DNA of 64,000 bases, taken from the NCBI RefSeq assembly GCF_009914755.1, contig NC_060939.1; one strand, 5' to 3'. Of the stretch, positions 1 through 25,480 are shown one piece after another (the first letter of the stretch is position 1; each line of letters begins with the position of its first letter). The notes beneath the pieces were generated by a model that did not search any database, had not been told where the DNA came from, and saw nothing but the letters and a program-made list of their open reading frames with translations. Source of the DNA: the human T2T-CHM13v2.0 reference genome, Homo sapiens. Made by a program: the position numbers and the translations under genes.

Positions 1-3865
<3,865 letters not shown>

Positions 3866-4404
3866 TATATTGAATATAAGGTATGTGTATTACTGAGTAC
3901 AAGACTGCCACTGGGGTGCAGTGGCTTACCCCTCCCAGCACTTTGGGAGGCCAAGGTGGGAAGATTGCTTGAGCCCAGGAGTTAAAGACAAGCCTGAACA
4001 ACATAGCAAGACTCCATCTCCATTAAAAAAAAAAAAAAAAAGGACTACTACGGCAACCTGGTGTTGAGAATATGGGCTCATATCACAGTCCAAATACTCT
4101 TGCCCTCAAATAATTTTTGAACTCTCAGAACATAAGCAGGTATATAAAACAACCCCTACTGAGATGAACAAGTGTGAGACTTGTGACTCTATGTCATGTA
4201 GGGTAGTTTCCTGGAAGCTGCTGCCTGATTTGACTCCCTTTCTTACTTCCTTTCCATACCCAGGGTCCTTACTCCTGACCTCTCCACTAGGGAGACCAGC
4301 AATTAAATAAGGCTCAGATGAACCAACAATTTTTTTTCCTTTTTTTATAGAGGCAATCAAGTTAAACACAAATGTTTGTTTCACACATTCATTGACAATA
4401 CTGT

Positions 4405-5345
<941 letters not shown>

Positions 5346-6439
5346 GAGGGGATGGTAACAAAAGGGGTGCATGTTGGGCAAGGGTCTCCATAAAATAGAA
5401 GAAACTCATGTGTGTTTAAGTCCCTGCTTAGAAGGCAAATCATGCTCTACCTCCGGACAACAGGAGCTCTAGGACCCCAAGTCTGCGTCCCCAGACTTGG
5501 TTCCTCTGAAGACCCCACACCAGGCTGCACATCCAGGGAGAAGAGGTAGGTCCCTCCAACAAACGAAGGTTGGTCCCAAGATATTAAACAAGTAGAGTGT
5601 TGTATCCTTAGATGCTTTCCCACTGCTGCTGTCTAAGGTGGGTATCTGGGGTAGAGCCCTGGTGGGTGGGCAGGGGCTCTCCGTAAACTGGAATGGAGCA
5701 GAGTAAGGCTGGAGACTGTGCTGTCTTGACCTCTGCCCAAGATGACCAACAACCTGGGGCTTCCCCAGCCACTTAACTGCTTCCTGCTGAAAAGAGCAGG
5801 GATTGGGAGAGAAACTGCCACCTGGCACCTTTGGACAATTACCATGGCAATCACAGGCCAGGCATTTTATTCCAGTCATTGCCTGGGAACGCTCCTTCCA
5901 CATGTCTTGCTTTCTGTGTTACAGGCTTATTACTGTACAGCCTCCAGCCCTCCACTTTCATCTTGCAAAACAAGGTTCTTTCTTTGATGTCTGGAAGGAT
6001 TTGCCCCGGAATGTCAGAAATTTGAGACTGTATGCAAGTGCACAATAAACAATCTGAAATTGAAACTGATCCAGTGGAGAGTGCTGGAATTAGGGAAGAG
6101 CAGTGGATATGTCCTGCGAGGTCAGAGCAGATACAGGCCAAGATAGTTTGCCTCCCAGCTCCAAGGGGTCTCCCTACCCTCAGTGAGTGGGCTTGGGAGG
6201 TAGATGCTTGGGATGCTGCATCTTTGGTCAATACCTTGACCAAACTGACACATGACCCAGTTAGTTTCGAGATAGACTGGGTCACAACAATCATTCTTCA
6301 CCACCTGCAACCCTAGGACTGCTGATAACCCTTACCCACAGGAATTATAGGGCCCTGCTGCTCCAAAAAGATAGGATCTGAGTCAACAAGAAAGAGAAAC
6401 AAGGACAACATATTTTGAACTCCTGACTAGCTTGGCGTA

Positions 6440-6950
6440 TGGTTCTCAGCCCAGCCACACATTAGAACCAACTGTGGGGCTTTTAAAAAATGCCCAGTAT
6501 CTGGACTCCACTGTAGTAGATTTAAATTCAGTTGAGGAGGAGCCAGGGCATCTGTTTTTTTTCTTAAGTATTTCAAGTGTGGAGAACCATTGGCTGCTCA
6601 AATAAGTGGCCAGGCTCCACACCTGGTCCCAAGGTTTCCTAGTTGTGTGACCTTGGGCAAGTTACTCAACATCTGTAAACCTCCATTCCCTCAGCTGTAA
6701 AGCAGTACCTGCTGGCCAGGCATGGTGGCTCACACCTGTAATCCCAGCATTTTGAGAAGCCAAGATTGGAGGATCGTTCGAGCCCAGGAGTTCAAGACCA
6801 ACCTAGGCAACATAGCAAGATCTCATCTCTATAAAAAAAGAAAAACAGTACTTGCTTAATGGAGTTGTGGGAAGGATTAAATGAAAGAATGCATGTCAGT
6901 GCCTGGCATTGAGCCTAGCACGTAGTTGTGTTCAGAATGTTATTCTTATT
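6440..6950. mobile_element. MER5-like hAT relic (~6440-6590) and MIR pieces split by a FLAM/Alu monomer
   Basis: GGTTCTCA...TGGAGAACCA ends; MIR core TGTGTGACCTTGGGCAAGTTACTCAAC. Confidence 0.65.
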
Positions 6951-7149
6951 GCTGGAACAGCAGTTCTTACCTCTCTAGAATCCAGGTTTAAAGGTATATA
7001 AGTAAGAAAGTGCCGTTTCCAGTAACCAGGGACCAAGACCTGTCCTTTTCCCAGAGTGGGGTTGAAGAGTGTTAGTCAGAGCCAGGGTCAAAGATTGCTT
7101 AGGTCCTGGTATTGGCACTCAACTTTGGTTACTCTTAACATTCTAGTCC

Positions 7150-7660
<511 letters not shown>

Positions 7661-7976
7661 AGCTCTAGGCTGGGCATGGTGGTGCACACCTGTAATCCCA
7701 GCACTTTGAGAGGCCGAGGCAGGCAGACTGTTTGAGCCAAGGAGTTCAAGACCAGCCTGGGCAACATGGTGAAAAGCCGTCTCTACAAAAAAAAATACAA
7801 AAAAATTTGCCAGGCGTGGTGGTGCGCACCTGTAGTCCCAGCTACTCAGGAGGCTGAAGTGGGAGGATGGCTTGAACCCAGCAGGCAGAGCAGTGAGCTG
7901 AGATTGCACTACTGCATTCCAGCCTGTGCAACAGGGCAAGACTTTGTCTCAAAAACAAACAAACAAACAAAAAACA

Positions 7977-8007
<31 letters not shown>

Positions 8008-8415
8008 AAGAAAAGAAACGAAAATGTAGCTCCGGACATGTATGTGCATTGAACATGGGAGTAAATAAAGATATAAAATTTTGAAACATAGTGTGACCAA
8101 GCATTTTCCCTTCTATTGTCTCATTTGAGCCTCAGAAAGTCCTATAAAGGAGATATGACAGGCACTAACAGCCCTATTATAGATTAGGGATGTTAAAAGA
8201 CCTTCCCCAGATCACAAAGAGCATTAGAGGCACAGACAAGCCTAGAGGGAGGCAGACTTCTGGACTTCAAACCGATGCTTCTTTCTTTCATCAGTTACAA
8301 AAGCTTTCTCTTCACGGAAGCACCTCACATCAGCCCTCCAGCTCCTGTGAAGGTCTCAGTGCCCTGGGTGGACCCCAGGCCCCCATCTCCTCCCACTATC
8401 CGCTGTGCTACCTAC

Positions 8416-8670
8416 CTGGAAGAGCTCCTGAACTTGAGCATCCACCCATTGCTCCATCTCCAGCCAGCGCTGGAGCTGGCCCCGGTCATACTTCACTGTC
8501 AGGCGGCTGGGTCTCCGGGACCTGGGTATCTTGGAGGAGTCCGGGTGGGACTTGGACTCTGAGTCTGTGGATGATGTCCTTCTCCTCCCAGAAGCCCAGT
8601 GGACCTTCTTACATGGGTTCTCCCCATCTGGGCTGGGAGATGTGCAGGAAGCAGGGCTTGAAGACAGCAT
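8416..8670 (-). CDS. PPP1R14D: PPP1R14D (GBPI-1, CPI-17/PHI family PP1 inhibitor), first coding exon, 85 codons; downstream exons lie outside the window
   Basis: Translates [10 protein letters not shown]...KKVHW...[34 protein letters not shown]. It has the CPI-17-type (R)LTVKYDR phospho-inhibitory motif and an RVxF-like KVHW motif. The exon ends in a phase-0 donor CAG|GTAGG at 8415. Confidence 0.95.
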
Positions 8671-8699
8671 GGAAGTATTGGTCTGGGCAAGGAGCTGGG

Positions 8700-9450
8700 A
8701 AAAACCGCCAGTTCTGAGCAGAGCCACAGAGGGAAGTGAGGAGACAGAGAACAGGAGAGGCCAGCAGAGAAGAAATGAAGGCAGGAGGAGGGCCAAGGCT
8801 CCCAGGGAGGGGCAAGGGCAAAGATCAATAGGACTTTGGTGCTGGGAATGCCAGTCTCCTGGCTCCTCACTGCCAGCCAGTGAGTGGCACTCCAGAGCCA
8901 TGCCCCAGCCTCCCTTTCTGCAGCTTCTAGGGCCCAAAGTGGCATAAACTGCAGATGAGCAAAGGTCAAGAGGCTGCCATGCCCAGGGAGGAGGAAGGGG
9001 CCCTGGGGTCCTGAAGGGTACAGGGCTCCAATCGCTGCTCTATGGCCAGCTCTGGAATGGGACCTGAGTCGTTCTCACCTGAGATCCCTCTGTATCCCAC
9101 CTTCCTGGGGCTGGATCCACTCTGGGCTCTGAGAAGCTGTGGTCAGATTCCGCAGAAGCAGGGTCCCTGGCTGGCAGGGATTCTTACTCAGAGCGTAGCA
9201 CTACTGGGGGCAGAGCCCCAGCTGGTAGATAGAGTTGGAGGTCAGTTATTGATGGCTCCCGTAGGACCAGTGCCCCCAGTGTCTGGGTGTGTCCGAATGT
9301 AAACTGCTATCAGCCTGGCCTATAAAGGCAGTTTACCTGCTTGTAAAGGCAAATTTATCAAGACTTGTCTACTATGCCCGCTCCCCTGAGGCAACTGCTT
9401 AGGAAGCCATGTTTATTACCACGTGACCCTCCCCCGATTCATGTATTTGC
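8700..9450 (-). promoter_or_regulatory. PPP1R14D: PPP1R14D promoter/proximal regulatory region
   Basis: Repeat-free block immediately 5' of the first exon. DR1/HNF4-like motifs at 8815-8827, 8831-8838, 8931-8943 and 8956-8968; CACGTGAC E-box at 9420-9427. The TSS cannot be determined from sequence. Confidence 0.55.
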
Positions 9451-9595
9451 TGACACAGAGGAAACCTGCAAACCTAACTTATACACAGGTGTCAGGGACT
9501 AATACTTCCAGGCATACATACTTGCATTCTAAGGCAGGGTATTTTTGTTTAGTCTTTTATAATGAAAATTTCTAAACTTTAAAAAAAAAAAGTGA

Positions 9596-10660
<1,065 letters not shown>

Positions 10661-11229
10661 GGAAAAAGGCGAATGGATGACAGTTTAATGATGAAATTTT
10701 AGGCCCTCACTTAAGAAGATAAGGGAGGTGTTTGAGTGGCTGGAAACTAAGATGGCAGCCAGGAAAAGCCCAGGCTTTGGAGGAAGGCTGACAATCTGAG
10801 TTCAACTCAGCTTTGCCCTGCATTGGTTTTATAATCCTTGGCCAAGTTTCATAGCCTGTTTTCACATCTGCAGATTGGGCTTGTTGGGAAGATAAAATGA
10901 GATGATGCATGTAAACATTTAGCATGGCATCTGAAACAGAGTCCCTGTCAGTAGACATTCATTCCTGTCCTTTATTTACCTCCCCACTCTCCCTGCCCTC
11001 CTGACGAGGCTCTGGTGGTCAATGCCTGGGCTTTCATCAGTGTGGCTCTCTTCCTGAGCAGGAGGAGGGGGGCCTCTAGGATGCATCTTGTTGACTCAGC
11101 TGTCACTTTAACAGTCTGTGGCCAGGAGGCATTATTATGGTAGTTCCCTGCCTCTTCTGTTTCCTATCTTCTGAAGGGTTTGAGAGCCCTTTCGGGAAAA
11201 GAAACTAGATGAGAAGAGTCACTGTGTTT

Positions 11230-12480
<1,251 letters not shown>

Positions 12481-12520
12481 ACTGGTAATGGGCTGGGGAC
12501 ACACAAACATGCAAACTTTA

Positions 12521-15475
<2,955 letters not shown>

Positions 15476-15999
15476 TAGTTTTATATACATCTTTTATTAA
15501 CACTGCAGTTATTCAAAATTTGGACCATGACTCAGAGTAAGGAATTTAATATCACAATGTACACATGTACATATACAAAGCTAAATTTCTTATGAAGCAA
15601 AACTTGTCCTTACTCTGATATTTTTCATTCTATTTCATTTTATTTTGTCTTTTCAAATGCCAGTGGCAAATCCCTTTACTGTTTTTAAAACTCACTAATG
15701 AATCCCATCCTGTTCTATTAGAGGTGATTCCATGATTTAGTCACTCAATCCCATCTTTGGATATATGGATCACCACCAATTTGCCATTATAAATAGTGCT
15801 CCTCTGCTGAACATTTTTGTAACTATTTCTTTGTTGGCATCCATGATTTCCCTTAAGAGAAGTTTATAGATGTAGAACTACAAAGTCAAAGAATGTGCAA
15901 AATTGTAGGAGGTTTGATATTTATGGCCATATTAGTTCCCCAAAAAGTTGACTAAGTAAACGGTTTATAGTTTGATATTCTAATTTTTTTCAGTGAATG

Positions 16000-16510
16000 C
16001 ATTCCAAAAGTTACCAGCTTGAAACAATAAGCATTTATTATATCACTGTTTTAGTAGGGGGGATTCTGGGAGTAGATCAGCTGGGCCCCCCAGCTCAGGG
16101 ACTGCAGTCAAGGTGTCAGCCAGCACTATAGTCACCTCAAGGTTCAAGAGCAGGAGGTCCACTTCCAGGCTCACTCACAAGGGTGTTGGCAGGTCTCAGG
16201 TTCCCAGATGCTGTTGGCTAAAGACATTGGATCCTGCCATGCAGGCCTCTCTGGAGGCTTACTTATCACATGGCACCTTGCTTCCACCACACCAAGGGCA
16301 CTAAAAGAGAGAGAGAGAGAGAGAGACAAAGAGAGAAAGTTACAGTCTTTGTAACCAAATCCAGGAAGTGACATCCTATGACTTTTGCTTGATTCTATCC
16401 ATTAGAAGCAAGTCGCTAGGTCCAACTACACTCAAGGAGAGGAAATTATACAAGGCATGAGTACCAGGAGGTATGGATCACTGGGAGCCATTTAGAAGCA
16501 ACCTACCACA
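16000..16510 (-). mobile_element. MLT1-type MaLR solo LTR
   Basis: Reverse complement of the MLT1 3' end (GCTTGAAACAATAAGCATTTATT) and terminus ...CTACCACA; internal (GA)n. Confidence 0.7.
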
Positions 16511-16767
16511 ATGGAATATTGTGAACATTTTTTTTTCAAATGTTTAATATTTTTAATAATGAAAACATTTGAAATTTATTCTCTCAGCAATTTTGAAATG
16601 TACAGTACTCAATTATTAGTTATATTTGCCATGTACAATAGATCTCAAACAAAAATATCAAACTTCCTCCTGAGGTATTGTATCCTTTCATTATCACCTC
16701 CCTGTACCCTCCACCCTCATGTGAGCATTTCTGACATTAGAATAATTCCTCAAAAATAACCCTTTAG

Positions 16768-16987
16768 GACACAGGGAGGGGAACAACACACACTGGGGCC
16801 TGTGGGGTAGGTTGGAGGGAGGGAGAGCATCAGGATAAATAGTTAATGCATGCAGGGCTTAATACCTAGGTGATGGGCTGATAGGTGCAGCAAACCACCA
16901 TGGCACATGTTTACCTATGCAACAAACCTGCACATCCTGCACATGTACCCCAGAACTTAATAAAATAAAATAAAATAAAATAAAAAC
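16768..16987 (+). mobile_element. 5'-truncated L1PA 3' UTR with A-tail (Alu 16988-17290 inserted in the tail)
   Basis: GGTGCAGCAAACCACCATGGCACATG...CACATGTACCCCAGAACTTAA; AACCCTTTA repeated on both sides of the L1+Alu unit. Confidence 0.85.
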
Positions 16988-17307
16988 AGGATGGGTGCAG
17001 TGACTCATGCCTGTAATCCCAGCACTTTGGGAGGCCGAGGTGGGTGGATCACCTGAGGTTGGGAGTTTGAGACTAGCCTGACCAACATGGAGAAACCCCA
17101 TCTCTACTAAAAATACAAAATTAGCCGGGCATGGTGGCGCATGCCTGTAATCCCAGCTACTCAGGAGGCTGAGGGAGAATTACTTGAAGCTGGGAGGCGG
17201 AGGTTGCAGTGAGCTGAGATCGAGCCATTGCATTCCAGCCTGGGCAACAAGAGCAAAACTCTATCTCAAAAAAAAAAAACAACAAAAAAAAACAACCCTT
17301 TAAGAGC

Positions 17308-17975
<668 letters not shown>

Positions 17976-18168
17976 GAGCTGTAGCAGTATCTGTGAGGGG
18001 CTGTCTTTTTAAAATAGAAGTTAAATTGGCTGGGCACAGTGGCTCACACCTGTAATCCTAATACTTTGGGAGGCTGAGGCAGGAGGATGGCTTGAGCCCA
18101 GAAGTTAGAGACCAGCCTCAGCAATATGGCAGGACCCCATCTCTACAAAAAATTTACAAAATTAGTCA

Positions 18169-18905
<737 letters not shown>

Positions 18906-19109
18906 CTACCTACAGAAACTGCCAGACCACATCCACGACAAGGCAGTCAGTGTTCCTCCTCTAGTAGTGGTGTAAGAACTGAATATTCTCATCAAATCAT
19001 CCACTCCTTAGAGCAATGATTGGTATTTGTGATGTGGCAAACAGGAATGGAGCCTGTGGCACAGAGCTTTTCCCAAAGTTTGCACTGGGAAAGTGAACTA
19101 CACAGCCTA

Positions 19110-19515
<406 letters not shown>

Positions 19516-19616
19516 TCATTTGCAAATACTTTGCAGGAAGGCAGCTCAAATCAAGGAAAGGGCCTAAGATTGGCAGTCAAGAGACCTGAGGTCTGGAGCT
19601 GGCCCTGTGTCTATGA

Positions 19617-19922
<306 letters not shown>

Positions 19923-19925
19923 TGA

Positions 19926-20132
<207 letters not shown>

Positions 20133-21049
20133 TAGCTGACTTTCCTCTGACAGCTCTGACACTCTCTGCCTAAGCAAATACTGAACTTCATGAGTCGGTC
20201 CAGGGAACAGTTGGCTCTGTACACTCTGCCAGAGAAGTTCTTGGGGATGACTGAGGGTCTGAACAGGTGAGGGACAGATGAAGGCAGGGCTGGAGGAGGG
20301 AACCACATGGCAGTGTGCAGGGTGGCCTGGAGTTCCATCAGGAAGCTGGCACAGAGCCTAGATTAAGGGCAGCAGTGGGAACAGACAAGAGATGGATGTG
20401 AGTGATTACCAAGGAAGACTGTCATCAAATATGGTATGTGGAGGTCATCACGGTGTGTCTCTCTCTTCATTATGGAAGCATCCCATGTTCACTGAAGGGA
20501 TCTTGGAAAATATTTTTAAAACTAGAAAGAAGAAATGTTATCCTACAGTCTCACCATTCAAATACCATCACTTTCCCTACTTTGATGGCATACCTTATAG
20601 TCTTTCTTCCCTTCACATGTAGTTTTTCTTATTAGTATGTAAGAAGCAGCATAAGGTAGTATGGAAAGTATGGCTTTTAATGTCAAAAAGACTTCAGATA
20701 CAATCCTGGCTCTGTCACTTTTTTAAAAGAATCATTTCGACTTTTATTTTGTTTACTTATTTTTGAGACAGGGTCTAGTTCTTTCACCCATGCTGGAGTG
20801 CAGTGGCATGATCATAGCTCACTGCCACCTTGACCTCCCCGGCTCAAGCAATCCCCCCACCTCAACCTCCTGAGTAGCTGGTACTACAGGCATGCGCCAC
20901 TATGCCTGGCTAATTTTTTGTATTTTTTTTTATAGAGACGGGGTCTTGCCATGTTGTCCAGGCTGGTCTTGAACTCCTGGGCTCAAGCAATCCTCCTGCC
21001 TCAGCCTCCCATAGTGCTTGGATTACAGACATGAGCCATTGCACCTGGC

Positions 21050-21700
21050 CTCAACTTTTATTTTAGATTCAGTGGGTACACATGCAGGTTTGTTACATGG
21101 GTATAGGGTTTGGGGTACAGATGAGCCTGTCACCCAGGTAGTGAGCATATTACCTAAAAGGTTGTTTTTCAGCCCACGCTCCCCACGCTCCCCTCCCTCC
21201 TTCTCTCTTCTGGTAGTCCTCAGTGTCTATTGTTCCATCATTATGTCCATGTGTACTCAATGCTTAGCTCCCATTTATAAGTGAGAATATGTGGTATTTG
21301 GTTTTCTGTTCCTGCCTTAATTTGCTTAGGATAATGGCCTCCAGCTGCATTCGTATTGCTGGAAAGGACATGATTTTGTTAATTTTATGGCTGCATAGTA
21401 TTCCATGGTACGTATGAAGTACATTATCTTTATGCAATCCATCATTGATGGGCATCTAGGTTGATTCCATGTCTTTGCTATTGTGAATAGTGCTGTGATG
21501 AACGTACAAGTGCATGTGTCTTTTTGGAAAAACAATATATTTTCCTTTGGGTATATACCCAGTAATAGGATTGCTCAGTTGAATGGTAGTTCTAAGTTTT
21601 TGAGAAATCTCCAAGCTGCTTTCCACAGTGGCTGAACTGATTTACATTCCCACCAACAATGTATAAGCGTTCCCTTTTCTCTGCATCCTCACCACCATGT
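21050..21700 (-). mobile_element. L1 (L1PA16/L1PB-like) 3' fragment incl. ORF2 C-terminus
   Basis: Translates KDTCTCTFITALFTIAKTWNQPRCPS...MEYYAAIK. Confidence 0.9.
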
Positions 21701-22526
21701 GTTTTTGTTGTTGTTGTTGTTGTCGTTTCAAGTAACATTTATTGAGAACTCTTTGTGTCAAATGCTTTGTCTGCATTAACTCAATTAATCCTCATAAAAA
21801 ACCTTATGAAGCCCCACTTCCCATTCAAGGAGACTAAGGCAGAGAGATCAAATAACTTGCACAAGGCCACACGAATAGTAAGTGGCAGATGCAAGAGCTA
21901 AATCCAGTAGTCTGAGTCTGAAGCTCACAAGTTCAACTTCTCTACAACCTGTCACCACTCTTCGTTCACTACCTGACCTTGATGGAGTCAGTGAACCTTT
22001 CTGCAAAGTGGAAGCAATTTTTAGAGTTGTCCTGAGCATTAGCAATCCTATGTCAAGTGCCTGGAGGGAACACAGTGGGCATCTCAACAAATGGTGGGTG
22101 CTCACCACTTGAAAGTGAGTTATGGGTTTAAGCAAGTTGAATCTGAGGTGAGGGCAGAACTTCCAGATGAAGTCAGAATTGCAAAGGCCATAAAGCCCAG
22201 GGTTTAAGCACTGAAGCCATGGAATTGGCCTGCCTGGGCTCCAATCCCTACTCTGCCGCTTCAATGCTGAATGACCTGACAAGTCAGTTTACCTGTCTGA
22301 GCCTGTTTGCTCATTTGTAAAATGGGGCTAAAAATACTACCTCCCTAGGTTTGTTTTGAGTATAGGGTAATATGTGGGCAGTGCTTAGGAACAGAGTTTG
22401 GGCATTGTCAGTGCTGAATTCATGTTGGTTTTTATAATGGTGTGTATAATGGATGTAATGATAAATTTATGGTGATGTAATATTACCATAAGGTAATATT
22501 TTCCTGTATTAAGATTCTTGAGGTCA

Positions 22527-22868
<342 letters not shown>

Positions 22869-24075
22869 TCAAATCACAACAAAACCCTTTCTTCCCAGTG
22901 ACTGCACAATCATTTTCTTCATTCCCAGCATACCACCATTGTTGTATATCCACCAGTGTGCCAGGGTCTGTGGATAAACCCTAAACATCCAGAGAAGGGG
23001 AGACAGGCCCCAGATTCCCACCCCAACACGCATCATGTGAGCAGCTGGAGGATGTTGCAGTTCAGCAAAATCCAAGGGTTGGCCACAGGATCTGCTAGGC
23101 AAAGCTGCTCTGGATGAGAAACTGGGAAGAATGTTCCCATTGGTTTGGGGGTTGTTAAGCCATCAGGAAAAGGTTTGGAATCTGTATTTTAAGAGAGCAT
23201 GCTATGTGATTCCTTCCTCCAGCCCTGCCTTCATCCGTCTTTCACCTGTTCAGACCCTTGCCGTAGAGAATGGTCTCTTAAGAGTTTTTTACTCAGGAGG
23301 AGCAATGAGCTTGGCTTCAAGGAGTCCACTGTTTCGTGAAGGGCATTAACTCAGCTACTTGGTGAACTGGAACCTCCAGGCTTCCAAGGATGACATTTCC
23401 CTGGAAGAAAGTAGCCAGCAGCGTCCCCTTTGTGAAAGAGAGGAAGCCTGGGCTCCAGGGAAGGGGGCAACAGTCCAATGAGCCATAGCAGGGAATGGAC
23501 CGAACTGTACATACAAGATGAGGAGGGGCCTCGAACAACAGGGAAGCCCCGTGGAGCACGCAGGGGAGCCTGGACGCGGGGAATCGCCTCCGTTTCTCAC
23601 CCTGACAGCAGGGAGGGCTTCCCGGAGCTGACAGTGAGGCAGACATCCCGGATCCCAGTTATCACAGGTGCAGCCACGCAACTTTTGGGTTACCTTCCCG
23701 CCACGAAATGGAAATGATTTCCTGAGGGCCGGAAAGATCATTTGCATCGGGCCTCAGGTCTGGGGCTGGGAAAGCAGGCCCCGGCCGGAAAGGAAGACTG
23801 GAGGCCGCCGCCCCAGAGGCCGGACCCTCGCGTCCCGGCCGCGTCCCCTCCCGGCTGGGGATGCGCTTCGGGCGCGGGGCTCCCTCGCGAGGCTGGACTG
23901 GGTGGAGCCCGAGAGCCCCTCCGGGGAGCTGGCTGCCGGGGAGGCGCCGGGGCTGCGGGGCCGCGGGGCGGGCCGGGCCTGGAGCTCCGCGCTAGAGGCG
24001 GCCGCAGCGCACCGGGCGTGGGCGGGGCCGGCAGCGCAAGGGTGAATGTCGGCCCCGCCCCGACGGCGCTGACTC

Positions 24076-24214
24076 AGTTTCACCAGAAACCAGGGGGAGA
24101 AGGCGGCCGAGCCCCAGCTCTCCGAGCACCGGGTCGGAAGCCGCGACCCGAGCCGCGCAGGAAGCTGGGACCGGAACCTCGGCGGACCCGGCCCCACCCA
24201 ACTCACCTGCGCAG
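24076..24214 (+). other. SPINT1: SPINT1 non-coding exon 1 (start approximate)
   Basis: Donor GCAG|GTAACC at 24215 in the CpG island, followed by a pyrimidine tract and acceptor TTCTCAG| at 24517. Confidence 0.75.
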
Positions 24215-24582
24215 GTAACCCGGGCCCCCGCGCGCAAGGCCGAGGCGCAGGCGGAGCGGGCTGGAGCATGTCCGGCCCTTTGTTCTGCGCTCGTGCGTGT
24301 GTCCGGGTACTTGAGCTCCCTAGCGGTCCGCCTGTCCGTCTGTCTGGCTGCCGGGTCCCTGGAGGGCGCGTGGGAGGGCCGGGCCCGTGCGCCCTCTTCG
24401 ATCCTGGGGTGCTCCGGTCCCTCCTCCCCGCCACTTCCTCCCGGCCGGCCCGCCTCCTCCAAAGTCTCCCGGGCTGATCAGGTGTGTCTCCTCCTCTGTC
24501 CCCTCCCTTCTTCTCAGGTCACCAGCACCCTCGGAACCCAGAGGCCCGCGCTCTGAAGGTGACCCCCCTGGGGAGGAAGGCG

Positions 24583-25480
<898 letters not shown>

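Noticed and set aside
6100-6190. HSLR...LAGH spacing in ORF 5851-6294(-), reminiscent of the tyrosine recombinase H-x-x-R...H motif
   Set aside because: There is no downstream catalytic Tyr at the expected spacing and no other family features; most likely chance.
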